Shown here piece by piece: positions 10,116 to 19,096 of a stretch of DNA of 64,000 nt. This stretch comes from an uncultured Alteromonadaceae bacterium (GTDB lineage: Bacteria; Pseudomonadota; Gammaproteobacteria; Pseudomonadales; Halieaceae). The position numbers and the translations under genes are program-made. Numbering within the stretch: position 1 is the stretch's first letter; every line of letters begins with the position of its first letter. The notes beneath the pieces were generated by a model. That model did not search any database. It was not told the DNA's origin and worked only from the letters and a program-made list of their open reading frames with translations. The stretch is from NCBI GenBank assembly GCA_913064725.1, contig CAJYAI010000007.1, positions 9,723 to 73,722 of the forward strand, read 5' to 3'.

Positions 10116-10206
10116 ATAGAGCCCTGAACAACATAGCCCTGAACAACATAGCCCTTGACAATAGAGCCCTTGACAATAGAGCTCTGAACAATAGCGCTGT
10201 AGAACA
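10116..10206. repeat. degenerate 15-bp tandem array (6 units)
   Basis: atagagccctgaaca / acatagccctgaaca / acatagcccttgaca / atagagcccttgaca / atagagctctgaaca / atagcgctgtagaaca, between convergent genes. Confidence 0.9.
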
Positions 10207-10283
10207 GAACCGTCGCACGGAACGCTGTGCGTCGCTCCGTTACTGATATCGCTTTACCTCGAGAGCCGCCCGACCGACGGGTG

Positions 10284-13200
10284 TCAGCACTGTGCAAGCA
10301 CAGTGTCGACCGCCACATCCAATCGAACAATCTCCCCCGTTTTCTTAAACAAGGCCTCAGAGTCGGCTGCGGACAATCGACTACCACCTAGGATTGTATT
10401 GTGCCCACTTTTCGTGTGTACCGTGATGGTTGGCTCACTCGATAGGGACATCACAACAGGAACCTGACAGTAGGTAAATCCAAGCTCACCGGCTGACAGC
10501 TGCAGACGTCGTTCAGACCCACTGACATCGAAGTAGATCAATTCATTCGGGGAGTCGAGAAACTCGCTTTGTCTCAACATCGATGGATTAAACACGATTG
10601 CAGCCTCGCGCACTTCAACACCAAGCTCGAGTAATCGCGTCAAGATCTCCTCCTTAACCTGCCCAGTCATGCCCGGCTGACGCGCACCAGCAAAACCAGG
10701 GGTGTGCGAGTAAGGATCCGTTGGAAAAGCACCGTAAACGTCTGGCGTCTTATTAAAGCCGATGCCCTCTCGGACTTCGTAATAAGCGCGTCGCAGTTCG
10801 GCTAGGGTGGCGCTGTCGGCACCCGTTTCCTCTGCACGCTTTGCAGTCTCCATAACAGCGAGCAGCAGCTTTGACACCATGTGCCAGTAAATCGAGCCCA
10901 AGCCCTCATAGGCATACATCCCACCTGACCGGCCTGTGAAGTTTGCGCAATCGAACAGATCAGAAAAGAGCATTTCTATCGAATCTCGCTCCGCCATCAC
11001 CTCAGGTTGATAACCCGATGCCGCTAAAGTCGATAGTGCCTCACTCACCGCCGTCGTATTATTGAAATGGCCTCTAAAATAGACCTGCCCTTCCTGGTCG
11101 CATTCCAGCAAGTGGCGATCACCCGCGGCCTTGAGCTTAGTCATCAGCGGTGACGATGATACGAATTCGCTCGGTACAAGATTCCGCTCCATAAACGAGG
11201 GGAGCTTGCGATCCGGATAGAGCAGATATGAGTGCTGACGCGCTGTATAAAGTCGAGACGTCCGCAAGGCTGCAAGCAGCGAGCACGACTCCTCGGGCGA
11301 GAGAAATTGCGAACTCAGAACGGCCACCTGACCTTCGAGCATTTCGTACAGATAGCGAATCTCAACACCCGAATCGCTGACCAAAATCCGGTTGTACGCG
11401 TGATACAGCCCATCGTCACGACGATTCGATGCGATGCTGACAGCGGTAATATCGCGAGCGCTAGATAAGAAATCTACGAGCGTGCCTCGCGTGATCTTGC
11501 ACTTTTCTCCCGTGAATCCGCGAGCGTATATACCCTCGCGATAATGCTCGGCTGCCGTCCCCAGCGCTTGCATCACCTGTTTACGAAGCATGTTCGATAC
11601 GGGTCCAGAAACCAGCGAGGCTTGATGCTCACCGAGAACGCCTGCCACGTCCGTTAGCAACTGGGCTACCTCTTGTGATAATTCAATCGTATCGATCTCA
11701 AGATCTTCAAATAAGACAACCGCCTGACCTAGGAATCGATGCAGATAACACAGCGTTACGACCGATACTCCCGTACCGACCAGGGCGTTATTCGCATCAT
11801 TCCACTCTGGCCGCTGAGTATTCATCCAGATACCGGTGTCAGGAATAAAGTTCGATATTTTCGACAAGAGCGTTACCAATACTTTTTCCGCGAGATTGAC
11901 CTGGTAAACAGCACCATCAGGATCAATCATGAGTCGCCCATCCGCGCCCATCTGTTCAACTCTCTCATCTATTTCACGATCGAGTGCATCATCGAACTCT
12001 ATCGTGTCGTAAGGATTGCTGAGAATGCTCGCATAGGGCTTGATTCGATAAGGCACATTTGCATAAGCAAAGGCATCACGGAACATCATTGACTTCAAGG
12101 CATCAGGGTTGTGTGCCAATGATTGCTCGATCAGTTTGAGCAGGTAAATCAGCTGATGATCGCCCCAGTAACCAATATTTGCCCAGGGATTTTCGGGCTC
12201 GGGCCGCTCCCAATCGATGCCCTGACGGGTTATTCGATAGGGGTTATAGCCGTCGGCAGTCGTCGCGTTAACAAACTTCGAGATCATGTTTGCACCAAAA
12301 CAGGGAATGGACGATCCAAGCGCCTCCCAGTTCTGGAAGATATCTCGCCAGTTTCCCTCGTAATTGAGAAGCTTTTGACCCTCCTCATCCTTCACTTTGA
12401 TAGCGAATCGATTCCACGGACGAGAGGGGTCTCCATGTCGCCGACTGAAACTGAGGGGCAAGTATTCGCGGCATAGCCGCTCCAGACAAAGGTCGTCATT
12501 GCCGCTGAGCGCCGTGTTGAGATCGTGATAGGTAAAGTCATCGGGAAGAAGATCAAAAAATGCGGCGCTGGCCTCGGTGACGGAGGCATTCCATGCAGTG
12601 CAAAAGGCCATCAAGTCCGCCTTCTTGATCGCATAGTTCTCGATAAACAAACCACCACGCATAATATTAAACAGCACATTTGACGCATGGTGATTGGCAC
12701 TGAGCGTATCGCCCGTGACCTGAATACCGTCCGAAGTGCTGATCAGTCGCTCGAGGTTGCTGGTTCCGACCTTGATATCAGCCGCTACGACGGCTCCCAT
12801 ATCCTCATCGCTCTTAATCAGATGTAGCATATCTCGGACTGCCGCTGGGCCTTGATTTACATCTGCCACAATGCCCCATTCGCACAATTCACCGCACTGA
12901 AGTTCTAGCGATTGATGAATAAAATAGGCTCCGCGACGTCCCACAATGTCAGACTCTTCGCTCACGCTCTCACCGCGTCTAAATTGATCGACTTGCAAGG
13001 AACTCAGCAGATAAGCGGCGTTGACCGTGCCATAAGACCAAACGGTCGTCGCCGACAACGCCTCGCTCGGCTCGGCTCGATCGGACAAGATAGAACTCAT
13101 CGCGTAGATAGCAAGTCCGGAGTCTGGCACCAGTTCATTTTTTTTGTAGGCGTCTACGAGGCAGCTGAGTTCGTTCTGCGTGCCTGCCAGCACACCGAAC

Positions 13201-13745
13201 GGCAGAATATTTTCGATACCATCGAGTATCTCGATCTTGGTGTCGCGTTGATCAATCGAGGCTATCGAGGATTGTTTAACGAAGCCGAAGCGGTCACTGG
13301 TTGACCATGAATAGCTAAACTGCAATCCGAGGTCATTGTTGATTTCCTCGAATATCAACTTGTCGCCAAGCACATTTTTATACAAGTTGCGCGTAAGGCT
13401 GTAGATGCACGCGTGTGCTTGAGCGAAAGGCTCCCAGAGAGAGCGCTTTCCCTCTCTCTCGACAATGACCACGGTCCGGCTGCCCGTGTTGTGGGCATTA
13501 TCGCGAATCTTGTCTTCGGTGTAGTACGGGAACAGGGCGCTATCGCAGTCCGTGCGACCGGCTGTCAGTCCGCCTCGTGTGGAAATAAACAGCCAATGAT
13601 CTGAATCGCTCACGACACTGATGAAAAAATCATCCATGCTGTCAACGTTGGCGATCCGGTAGAACGGCTCGCTGTCACGAAGAACATAATCCCCTTCAAC
13701 CGCTTTAGATGGGGAGTTAAAGGGCGTTTCACCTAGGTACAGCAT
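10284..13745 (-). CDS. large cytoplasmic GH94-clan glycan phosphorylase candidate (GH149/GH161-like beta-1,3-glucan phosphorylase)
   Basis: 1153 aa, no signal peptide. RPEWNDANNAL (aa 645-655, nt 11796-11807 for EWND) resembles the DWND catalytic loop of GH94 phosphorylases. Size fits GH149. Flanked by GH17 genes and a GPH transporter. Confidence 0.55.
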   Translation of the reverse strand: MLYLGETPFNSPSKAVEGDYVLRDSEPFYRIANVDSMDDFFISVVSDSDHWLFISTRGGLTAGRTDCDSALFPYYTEDKIRDNAHNTGSRTVVIVEREGKRSLWEPFAQAHACIYSLTRNLYKNVLGDKLIFEEINNDLGLQFSYSWSTSDRFGFVKQSSIASIDQRDTKIEILDGIENILPFGVLAGTQNELSCLVDAYKKNELVPDSGLAIYAMSSILSDRAEPSEALSATTVWSYGTVNAAYLLSSLQVDQFRRGESVSEESDIVGRRGAYFIHQSLELQCGELCEWGIVADVNQGPAAVRDMLHLIKSDEDMGAVVAADIKVGTSNLERLISTSDGIQVTGDTLSANHHASNVLFNIMRGGLFIENYAIKKADLMAFCTAWNASVTEASAAFFDLLPDDFTYHDLNTALSGNDDLCLERLCREYLPLSFSRRHGDPSRPWNRFAIKVKDEEGQKLLNYEGNWRDIFQNWEALGSSIPCFGANMISKFVNATTADGYNPYRITRQGIDWERPEPENPWANIGYWGDHQLIYLLKLIEQSLAHNPDALKSMMFRDAFAYANVPYRIKPYASILSNPYDTIEFDDALDREIDERVEQMGADGRLMIDPDGAVYQVNLAEKVLVTLLSKISNFIPDTGIWMNTQRPEWNDANNALVGTGVSVVTLCYLHRFLGQAVVLFEDLEIDTIELSQEVAQLLTDVAGVLGEHQASLVSGPVSNMLRKQVMQALGTAAEHYREGIYARGFTGEKCKITRGTLVDFLSSARDITAVSIASNRRDDGLYHAYNRILVSDSGVEIRYLYEMLEGQVAVLSSQFLSPEESCSLLAALRTSRLYTARQHSYLLYPDRKLPSFMERNLVPSEFVSSSPLMTKLKAAGDRHLLECDQEGQVYFRGHFNNTTAVSEALSTLAASGYQPEVMAERDSIEMLFSDLFDCANFTGRSGGMYAYEGLGSIYWHMVSKLLLAVMETAKRAEETGADSATLAELRRAYYEVREGIGFNKTPDVYGAFPTDPYSHTPGFAGARQPGMTGQVKEEILTRLLELGVEVREAAIVFNPSMLRQSEFLDSPNELIYFDVSGSERRLQLSAGELGFTYCQVPVVMSLSSEPTITVHTKSGHNTILGGSRLSAADSEALFKKTGEIVRLDVAVDTVLAQC

Positions 13746-14068
13746 GGCGTTATTCCTATCGATCGCATATATGACTTAACGCGTTTGACGCCACAGTGCG
13801 GTACTGCATCGTGGCTTAGTTAACGCATCCGACATCGCCCGTCATCCTGTTTATTGGCGACGCAGTAAGATGAAAAAACGTACACACGTCATCCAGCAAA
13901 AGACAGATCCATGCGCATGTCGTTATGCTAAAACACAGTCATTATCAGTGAAACGGAGGTTTATCCACCTTAACTAACGAATGCGCCGTCTTGTCGTATT
14001 CAAGATGTCTGAAACCGAATCCTTGCTTAGCATCACACCCCACTAAGCCAACTGAGACAAAATCACAA

Positions 14069-14977
14069 ATGGGAAAGCGAAGCGGACAACATCACTATCT
14101 ACTCGACAGCGACCAACGCTCGGTAAGTGAGCTTGATTTAGACACCCGTCTCTCGCGTTTACTTGATGACAAGATGCACGGCATCTCTTTCAGCGCCTAC
14201 ACCAAAGGTCAGAAACCGGGGGATGCGTTGTCACGTGCCCAAGTCGAGTCGCGTATGGCTATTCTGGCACCACACTTCAACTGGATACGATCATTTTCCA
14301 CAACTCAGGGAAACGAGCACATACCGCAAGTTGCGCACACTGTGGGGTTAAAAACCCTAGTCGGTGCCTGGCTGGGCGAGGACGCTCAAAAAAATCGCCT
14401 GGAAATCGAAAGCCTCATCGCGTTGGCACATGAGGGGGCTGTCGATATTGCCGCAGTGGGCAACGAGGTACTTTACCGGGGCGACTTGAGCGAATCTGAA
14501 CTCCTCGGGTTCATGGCCGAGGTTAAGGAACGTCTGCCAGACCATGTCCCTATGGGCTATGTCGATGCCTACTATGAGTTTGAAGACCGACCCGCCATAA
14601 CTGAGGCCTGCGATGTGCTGCTCACCAACTGCTATCCGTTTTGGGAAGGCTGCGCCCTTCCCTACGCAACACTGTACATGCAGGATATGTATCGCCGTGT
14701 GCACAAGGTTGCCAAGGGGAAACGGGTCATCATCTCAGAGACGGGCTGGCCCAGCGCAGGTGGCCAGTTTTACGGTGCCGAGTCGTCTCCGCAAGGCGCT
14801 TTTCTCTATTTTCTCAAGGCGATGGAGTGGGCTGTTACCGATCATGTGGAAATGTTCTACTTCGCGTCTTTTGATGAGGAATGGAAGGTCTCCGGTGATG
14901 CTGGTGAGGGCGACGTCGGCGCCCATTGGGGATTATGGGACGAGAACCACCACTTCAAATATTCGAGAATAATATGA
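14069..14977 (+). CDS. GH17 family beta-1,3-glucanase/glucanosyltransferase, cytoplasmic
   Basis: VGNEVLYRG (acid/base) and ISETGWPSAG (nucleophile). First in-frame ATG at 14069. The ORF-track start at 13991 is TTG. Confidence 0.75.
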   Translation: MGKRSGQHHYLLDSDQRSVSELDLDTRLSRLLDDKMHGISFSAYTKGQKPGDALSRAQVESRMAILAPHFNWIRSFSTTQGNEHIPQVAHTVGLKTLVGAWLGEDAQKNRLEIESLIALAHEGAVDIAAVGNEVLYRGDLSESELLGFMAEVKERLPDHVPMGYVDAYYEFEDRPAITEACDVLLTNCYPFWEGCALPYATLYMQDMYRRVHKVAKGKRVIISETGWPSAGGQFYGAESSPQGAFLYFLKAMEWAVTDHVEMFYFASFDEEWKVSGDAGEGDVGAHWGLWDENHHFKYSRII

Positions 14978-15894
14978 CCCGTCAACCACCGCTTCCTTAC
15001 AAGCGAGCCATCTGCTACTCCGGTTTTCGTGATGGTCAGAGTCCCGATAAGGGGATTCACCCAACTGAGGCCCAGATTTTAGAGGATTTACAGCTGCTGG
15101 TCGGCCATTGGGAGGCGCTGCGAGTCTACGCCTGCGACCTGCATACCGAGCGTGTCCTGCGCGTGATTGACCGTGAGGAGTTGCCGTTCACCATCATGCT
15201 TGGCGCCTATATTGGCGCCGAAAAAAACAACCCCGACTGTCCTTGGGGTGGCGTTTATAGCGACGATATCCTCACATTAAATCGCCAGAAAAATAAGGAG
15301 GAATTAGAGCGCGCAGCGCAATGGGCAAATCGCTACGTAGACTTAATCGATGTGGTATCTGTCGGCAACGAAGCGACCGTAGATTGGACTGATCACCTTG
15401 TTGATCCAGAGACAGTGCAACGCTATGCCGCGGATCTGAAGTCGCGAGTGTCTCAACCCGTCACATTTTGCGAAAACTATGTGCCCTGGCTCGACAAGCT
15501 CGAAGGACTCGCCAAAGAGCTCGATATCATAGCCATCCATACCTACCCGGTCTGGGAATATAAGTCGGTCGACGAGGCGATGGCCTACACGCGTGAGAAT
15601 TTCGATGCCGTCCAACGCAGACATCCCGACAAGCAAATCATCATTACCGAGGCAGGTTGGGCGACAGCATCCAATGGCAGAGGTATACCAGCCGAAAACG
15701 TCGGCGAGCTGTATCAAAAAGCGTATTTAAGTGAGCTACTTACTTGGGCTGAGCAAGAACAAATCCGCGTGTATGTTTTCGAGGCCTTCGACGAGAATTG
15801 GAAGGGATCGGATCATCCATTAGAGCCAGAGAAACACTGGGGACTTTACCGGGCAGACCGATCGGGGAAACCGGCAATATCGGTTCAGTACTGA
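14974..15894 (+). CDS. second GH17 family enzyme, cytoplasmic
   Basis: VGNEATVDW and ITEAGWATAS motifs. ATG 14974 overlaps the upstream stop (ATGA). Confidence 0.75.
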   Translation: MTRQPPLPYKRAICYSGFRDGQSPDKGIHPTEAQILEDLQLLVGHWEALRVYACDLHTERVLRVIDREELPFTIMLGAYIGAEKNNPDCPWGGVYSDDILTLNRQKNKEELERAAQWANRYVDLIDVVSVGNEATVDWTDHLVDPETVQRYAADLKSRVSQPVTFCENYVPWLDKLEGLAKELDIIAIHTYPVWEYKSVDEAMAYTRENFDAVQRRHPDKQIIITEAGWATASNGRGIPAENVGELYQKAYLSELLTWAEQEQIRVYVFEAFDENWKGSDHPLEPEKHWGLYRADRSGKPAISVQY

Positions 15895-15917
15895 GTCACA
15901 TCCGTAGTCGAGAAATC

Positions 15918-15947
15918 CAAGTACCCCTAAAACAAGCACCCCTAAAA
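15918..15947. repeat. 15-bp tandem duplication
   Basis: caagtacccctaaaa / caagcacccctaaaa. Confidence 0.85.
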
Positions 15948-15996
15948 CTTGCTGCGCCGGGTGCGGCACTGCCGGGTTTGGTATCGGCATTAACTG

Positions 15997-16044
15997 TTAA
16001 GACTGCCCGCTATTAAGACTGCCCGCCATTAAGACTTCCCGTAA
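15997..16044. repeat. 16-bp tandem array (3 units)
   Basis: ttaagactgcccgcta / ttaagactgcccgcca / ttaagacttcccgtaa. Confidence 0.9.
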
Positions 16045-16108
16045 ACACTGACTATGAGCACGCGCTACGCGCACCTGCCTCAGACACTTTCGATACGTTT
16101 GTACAATC

Positions 16109-16136
16109 CGCACTGTGAAATACGCACTGTGAATAG
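16109..16136. repeat. 14/15-bp tandem duplication
   Basis: cgcactgtgaaata / cgcactgtgaatag. Confidence 0.8.
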
Positions 16137-16182
16137 ATGCGTTTCATAAGTATTCTTTGCAAAGGGTTCGCATAAGCACTCT

Positions 16183-16225
16183 TAATTAGGGCGCAGCTAA
16201 TGCAGCTAATTAGGTCGCTGCTAAT
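16183..16225. repeat. 9-bp based repeat block
   Basis: taattagggc gcagctaat gcagctaat taggtc gctgctaat. Confidence 0.75.
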
Positions 16226-16270
16226 GAGTGCGCTCCGCAAGGACGCTGAATACGTACTCTGCGTAAGCAC

Positions 16271-16321
16271 TTTTTTGCCAAAGCTGCTTTTTTGCAATAG
16301 CTGCTTTTTTGGCCAAACCTG
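16271..16321. repeat. 17-bp tandem array (3 units), each starting with T6
   Basis: ttttttgccaaagctgc / ttttttgcaatagctgc / ttttttggccaaacctg. Ends 15 nt upstream of the ATG at 16337. Confidence 0.9.
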
Positions 16322-16336
16322 TAGGGATACAAACGC

Positions 16337-17881
16337 ATGAACGGCGCAGATTTACTCATAAAAAAACTTGCTGACGCCGGTGTCAGCGCGTGCTTTGCCA
16401 ACCCGGGCACCTCAGAGATGCAGCTAGTCGCAGCACTTGATAAAGAGCCCAGGATACGTGCTGTGTTGGGCTTGTTTGAGGGGGTCGTTACCGGTGCAGC
16501 CGACGGGTTTGCTCGCATGACCGATCGGCCCGCGTTAACCCTACTCCATCTTGGCCCAGGCTATGCCAACGGTATCGCCAACCTACACAACGCATCGCGT
16601 GCACACGTCCCCGTACTAAATATGATCGGCGACCACGCCACTCATCACTTGGAGCTTGATGCACCACTCACCTCTGATATCGCAGGCCTTACGGCAGCGG
16701 TTTGTGATTGGACAGGCGTGTCATCCAGCTCTGACAACCTGGCCAAGGTGGGCCTTGAAGCATGGCAAGCCAGCATGTCGTATCCCGGTAAAGTAACAGC
16801 CTTTGTGGCACCGGCTAACCATGCATGGGAGCCCGCCAATTCGGACACGCCAATTCCCGTCATAGAGTCTGCCAAGACAGTCGGTGACGAGGAAATCACC
16901 AAGGCTGTGGAAGCGCTAAGAGACGGTTCAGCTACGGCGATATTTTTGGGGGGACATGCTTTGCGAGAAACTGGGCTCTATCAAGCCGGACGTATCGCGG
17001 AAGCAACCGGGGCCAGACTCATTACTGAAACGTTTTTCACACGTCAACAGCGTGGTGCCGGACGGGTCCCAACCGAGCGGCTCCCCTACTTCGGTGAGAT
17101 GGCTCAAGCGCATTTAAGCGATCTCGACACGTTAGTCGTCATCGGAAGCAAACCGCCTGTCTCTTTCTTTGCCTATCCGGACAAACCGGGCTGGCTTTCA
17201 CCCAAAGACGCAACTGTTATTAGGATGGGTGACCACAGCGTCGATGCGATTAACACACTTGAGCGCATCGCCAATGCTCTGGGTGCCAGCGACAGAGTGA
17301 GTAACGTAGCTCAACGAGTGGAACTCGAACTTGAACACGGCCCGATAACAGCCGTTGAATTAGGGAAAGTCATTGCTAATCGGCTTCCGGAAAACGCGAT
17401 CGTATCAGATGAGGGCGCAACTAATGGCTTAGGGGCATTTTTGATGACTGAGAATGCCGCACCACACGATTGGCTGACTCTGACCGGTGGTGCCATTGGA
17501 CAGGGCCTTCCCCTAGCTCTGGGGGCTGCGGTGGCCTGTCCTGATAGAAAGGTGCTGGCTTTGGAAGCTGATGGCTCAGCGATGTATACGGTTCAGGCGC
17601 TGTGGACTATGGTCCGAGAAAATCTCGATATCACAGTATTGATTTTGAATAATGGTTCTTATGCCATCTTAAATATTGAACTTGCGCGTGTTGGCGTGGC
17701 GCAGCCCGGCCCAACCGCACTGTCACTACTGGATCTGACAAATCCGTCCATTCAGTGGACTGATATCGCGACAGGGATGGGGATGGCTGCCCAGCGGGTC
17801 GACACTGTTGAGGCGCTCGATGCGGCTCTCGCTTCTGCGATGAGCGAGTATGGCCCGCGCTTGATAGAAGTCATGCTGTAG
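16337..17881 (+). CDS. thiamine-diphosphate-dependent enzyme (acetolactate synthase large subunit / benzoylformate decarboxylase family)
   Basis: 514 aa. N-terminal NPGTSEM pyrimidine-binding region. ThDP motif ADGS-x(24)-NNGSY. Confidence 0.8.
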   Translation: MNGADLLIKKLADAGVSACFANPGTSEMQLVAALDKEPRIRAVLGLFEGVVTGAADGFARMTDRPALTLLHLGPGYANGIANLHNASRAHVPVLNMIGDHATHHLELDAPLTSDIAGLTAAVCDWTGVSSSSDNLAKVGLEAWQASMSYPGKVTAFVAPANHAWEPANSDTPIPVIESAKTVGDEEITKAVEALRDGSATAIFLGGHALRETGLYQAGRIAEATGARLITETFFTRQQRGAGRVPTERLPYFGEMAQAHLSDLDTLVVIGSKPPVSFFAYPDKPGWLSPKDATVIRMGDHSVDAINTLERIANALGASDRVSNVAQRVELELEHGPITAVELGKVIANRLPENAIVSDEGATNGLGAFLMTENAAPHDWLTLTGGAIGQGLPLALGAAVACPDRKVLALEADGSAMYTVQALWTMVRENLDITVLILNNGSYAILNIELARVGVAQPGPTALSLLDLTNPSIQWTDIATGMGMAAQRVDTVEALDAALASAMSEYGPRLIEVML

Positions 17882-17971
17882 GCTTCAGTCGCGGCTTTGT
17901 CGACTTCAGCGCACTAGTCACGAGCGAAAAGACGCACCCCAGAGGCAGTTTCGCTATACACTCCGTCTACG

Positions 17972-19078
17972 ATGAAAATACGAGCCAAAAAAGCGTCACA
18001 GTTAATCACCATCACCCTCGCGATGGGCGTGGTACTCGGCTGTTCAGATGAGCCGGAGCAAACGACTGGTCGCGGCGCCTGGGGCGCCCGCGAATTACCG
18101 GTTGTGACAGCCCGCGTAGAGCGCGCGCCGCTCATTGACTCTATCAAATCTGTGGGCACCGCGAGAGCCCGTCAGAGCCTTACGCTCTACACGGAGAGCG
18201 CGGGTGTTGTGACATTTGCCAAGCTAGCACCCGACGCAGAGGTTCGTCAGGGCGATACCTTGCTCAAACTCGATGATCGAGATCAAGTGCTTGCGGTCAG
18301 GCAAGCTGAAGTAGAGTTGGCTGAAGCGAAGCGTACTCTCACTCGCTACCTGTCGCTGAACGAAACAGACGCCAATATCCCACCCAGCACCATCGACACG
18401 GCACAAAGTAATCTAGACCTCGCCCAAATACGTCTCTCCCAAGCCCAGGTCGAACTGTCTCGACGCGAAATGAAGGCGCCCTTCTCGGGCCGTCTTGGCA
18501 TAACAGATGTTGAGATCGGCGACAGGGTTGACAGCTCAACCATGATCACGACATTAGATGATCGGAGCACCCTGCTGGTCGACTTTACAGTGCCTGAGAG
18601 CTTTACCGGCAAAGTGGTCACCGGGCTGAAAGTTCAGGCGCGACAATGGGAATCGCCCGATGACAATCGAACCGGTACTGTCGTAGCAGTCGACTCGCGT
18701 GTCGACTCCACGACACGCGCCTTTCGAGCGCGCGTTGCAATCGACAATACAGCAGATAATCTGCGACCCGGCATGGCCTTTGAGATCGATGCTGCGATCA
18801 AAAAAGGCGAATTCCTCAGCGTCCCTGAGCTGTCTGTTCAGTGGGGTGCTGATGGGCCTTATGTCTGGTCAGCCAACAACGACCGCGCTTCTCGGTCACC
18901 GGTCGAAATGGTACGCCGTGCTAATGGCCGAATGCTTATTCGGGGGGACATTGCCGAAGGGGAGCGTGTGATTTTGGAGGGCATTCAAAGCGTCCGGCCA
19001 GGAATGAAAATAAAAGACGTTAATGCTGCAACCGAAACAGCGAAATCACCCTACCCCGACAACGCAGACCGAACTTAA
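17972..19078 (+). CDS. RND efflux periplasmic adaptor (membrane fusion protein) lipoprotein
   Basis: Lipobox VLGC. HlyD-type coiled-coil region and beta-barrel segments. Confidence 0.85.
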   Translation: MKIRAKKASQLITITLAMGVVLGCSDEPEQTTGRGAWGARELPVVTARVERAPLIDSIKSVGTARARQSLTLYTESAGVVTFAKLAPDAEVRQGDTLLKLDDRDQVLAVRQAEVELAEAKRTLTRYLSLNETDANIPPSTIDTAQSNLDLAQIRLSQAQVELSRREMKAPFSGRLGITDVEIGDRVDSSTMITTLDDRSTLLVDFTVPESFTGKVVTGLKVQARQWESPDDNRTGTVVAVDSRVDSTTRAFRARVAIDNTADNLRPGMAFEIDAAIKKGEFLSVPELSVQWGADGPYVWSANNDRASRSPVEMVRRANGRMLIRGDIAEGERVILEGIQSVRPGMKIKDVNAATETAKSPYPDNADRT

Positions 19079-19096
19079 CACTCGCGAGCACATCTG

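Noticed and set aside
10097-10387. 96-aa minus-strand ORF with a repetitive VKGSIVKGYVVQGYVVQG tail
   Set aside because: The repetitive part is simply the translation of the 15-bp tandem array between two convergent genes. The rest overlaps the 3' end of the 1153-aa gene. There is no independent coding evidence.
13991-14068. TTG start for the first GH17 gene
   Set aside because: The first in-frame ATG at 14069 is more plausible. The 26 extra residues have no signal-peptide or domain character. This remains uncertain.
10116-16321. Possibility that the tandem arrays (10116-10206, 15997-16044, 16271-16321) are CRISPR arrays
   Set aside because: The units are contiguous with no unique spacers, only 15-17 bp long, 2-6 copies and degenerate. 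No cas genes are in the window.
16052-16518. Minus-strand ORFs of 81 and 102 aa in the repeat-rich intergenic region
   Set aside because: They are composed largely of translated tandem repeats and overlap the 5' end of the ThDP enzyme gene. There is no coding signature.
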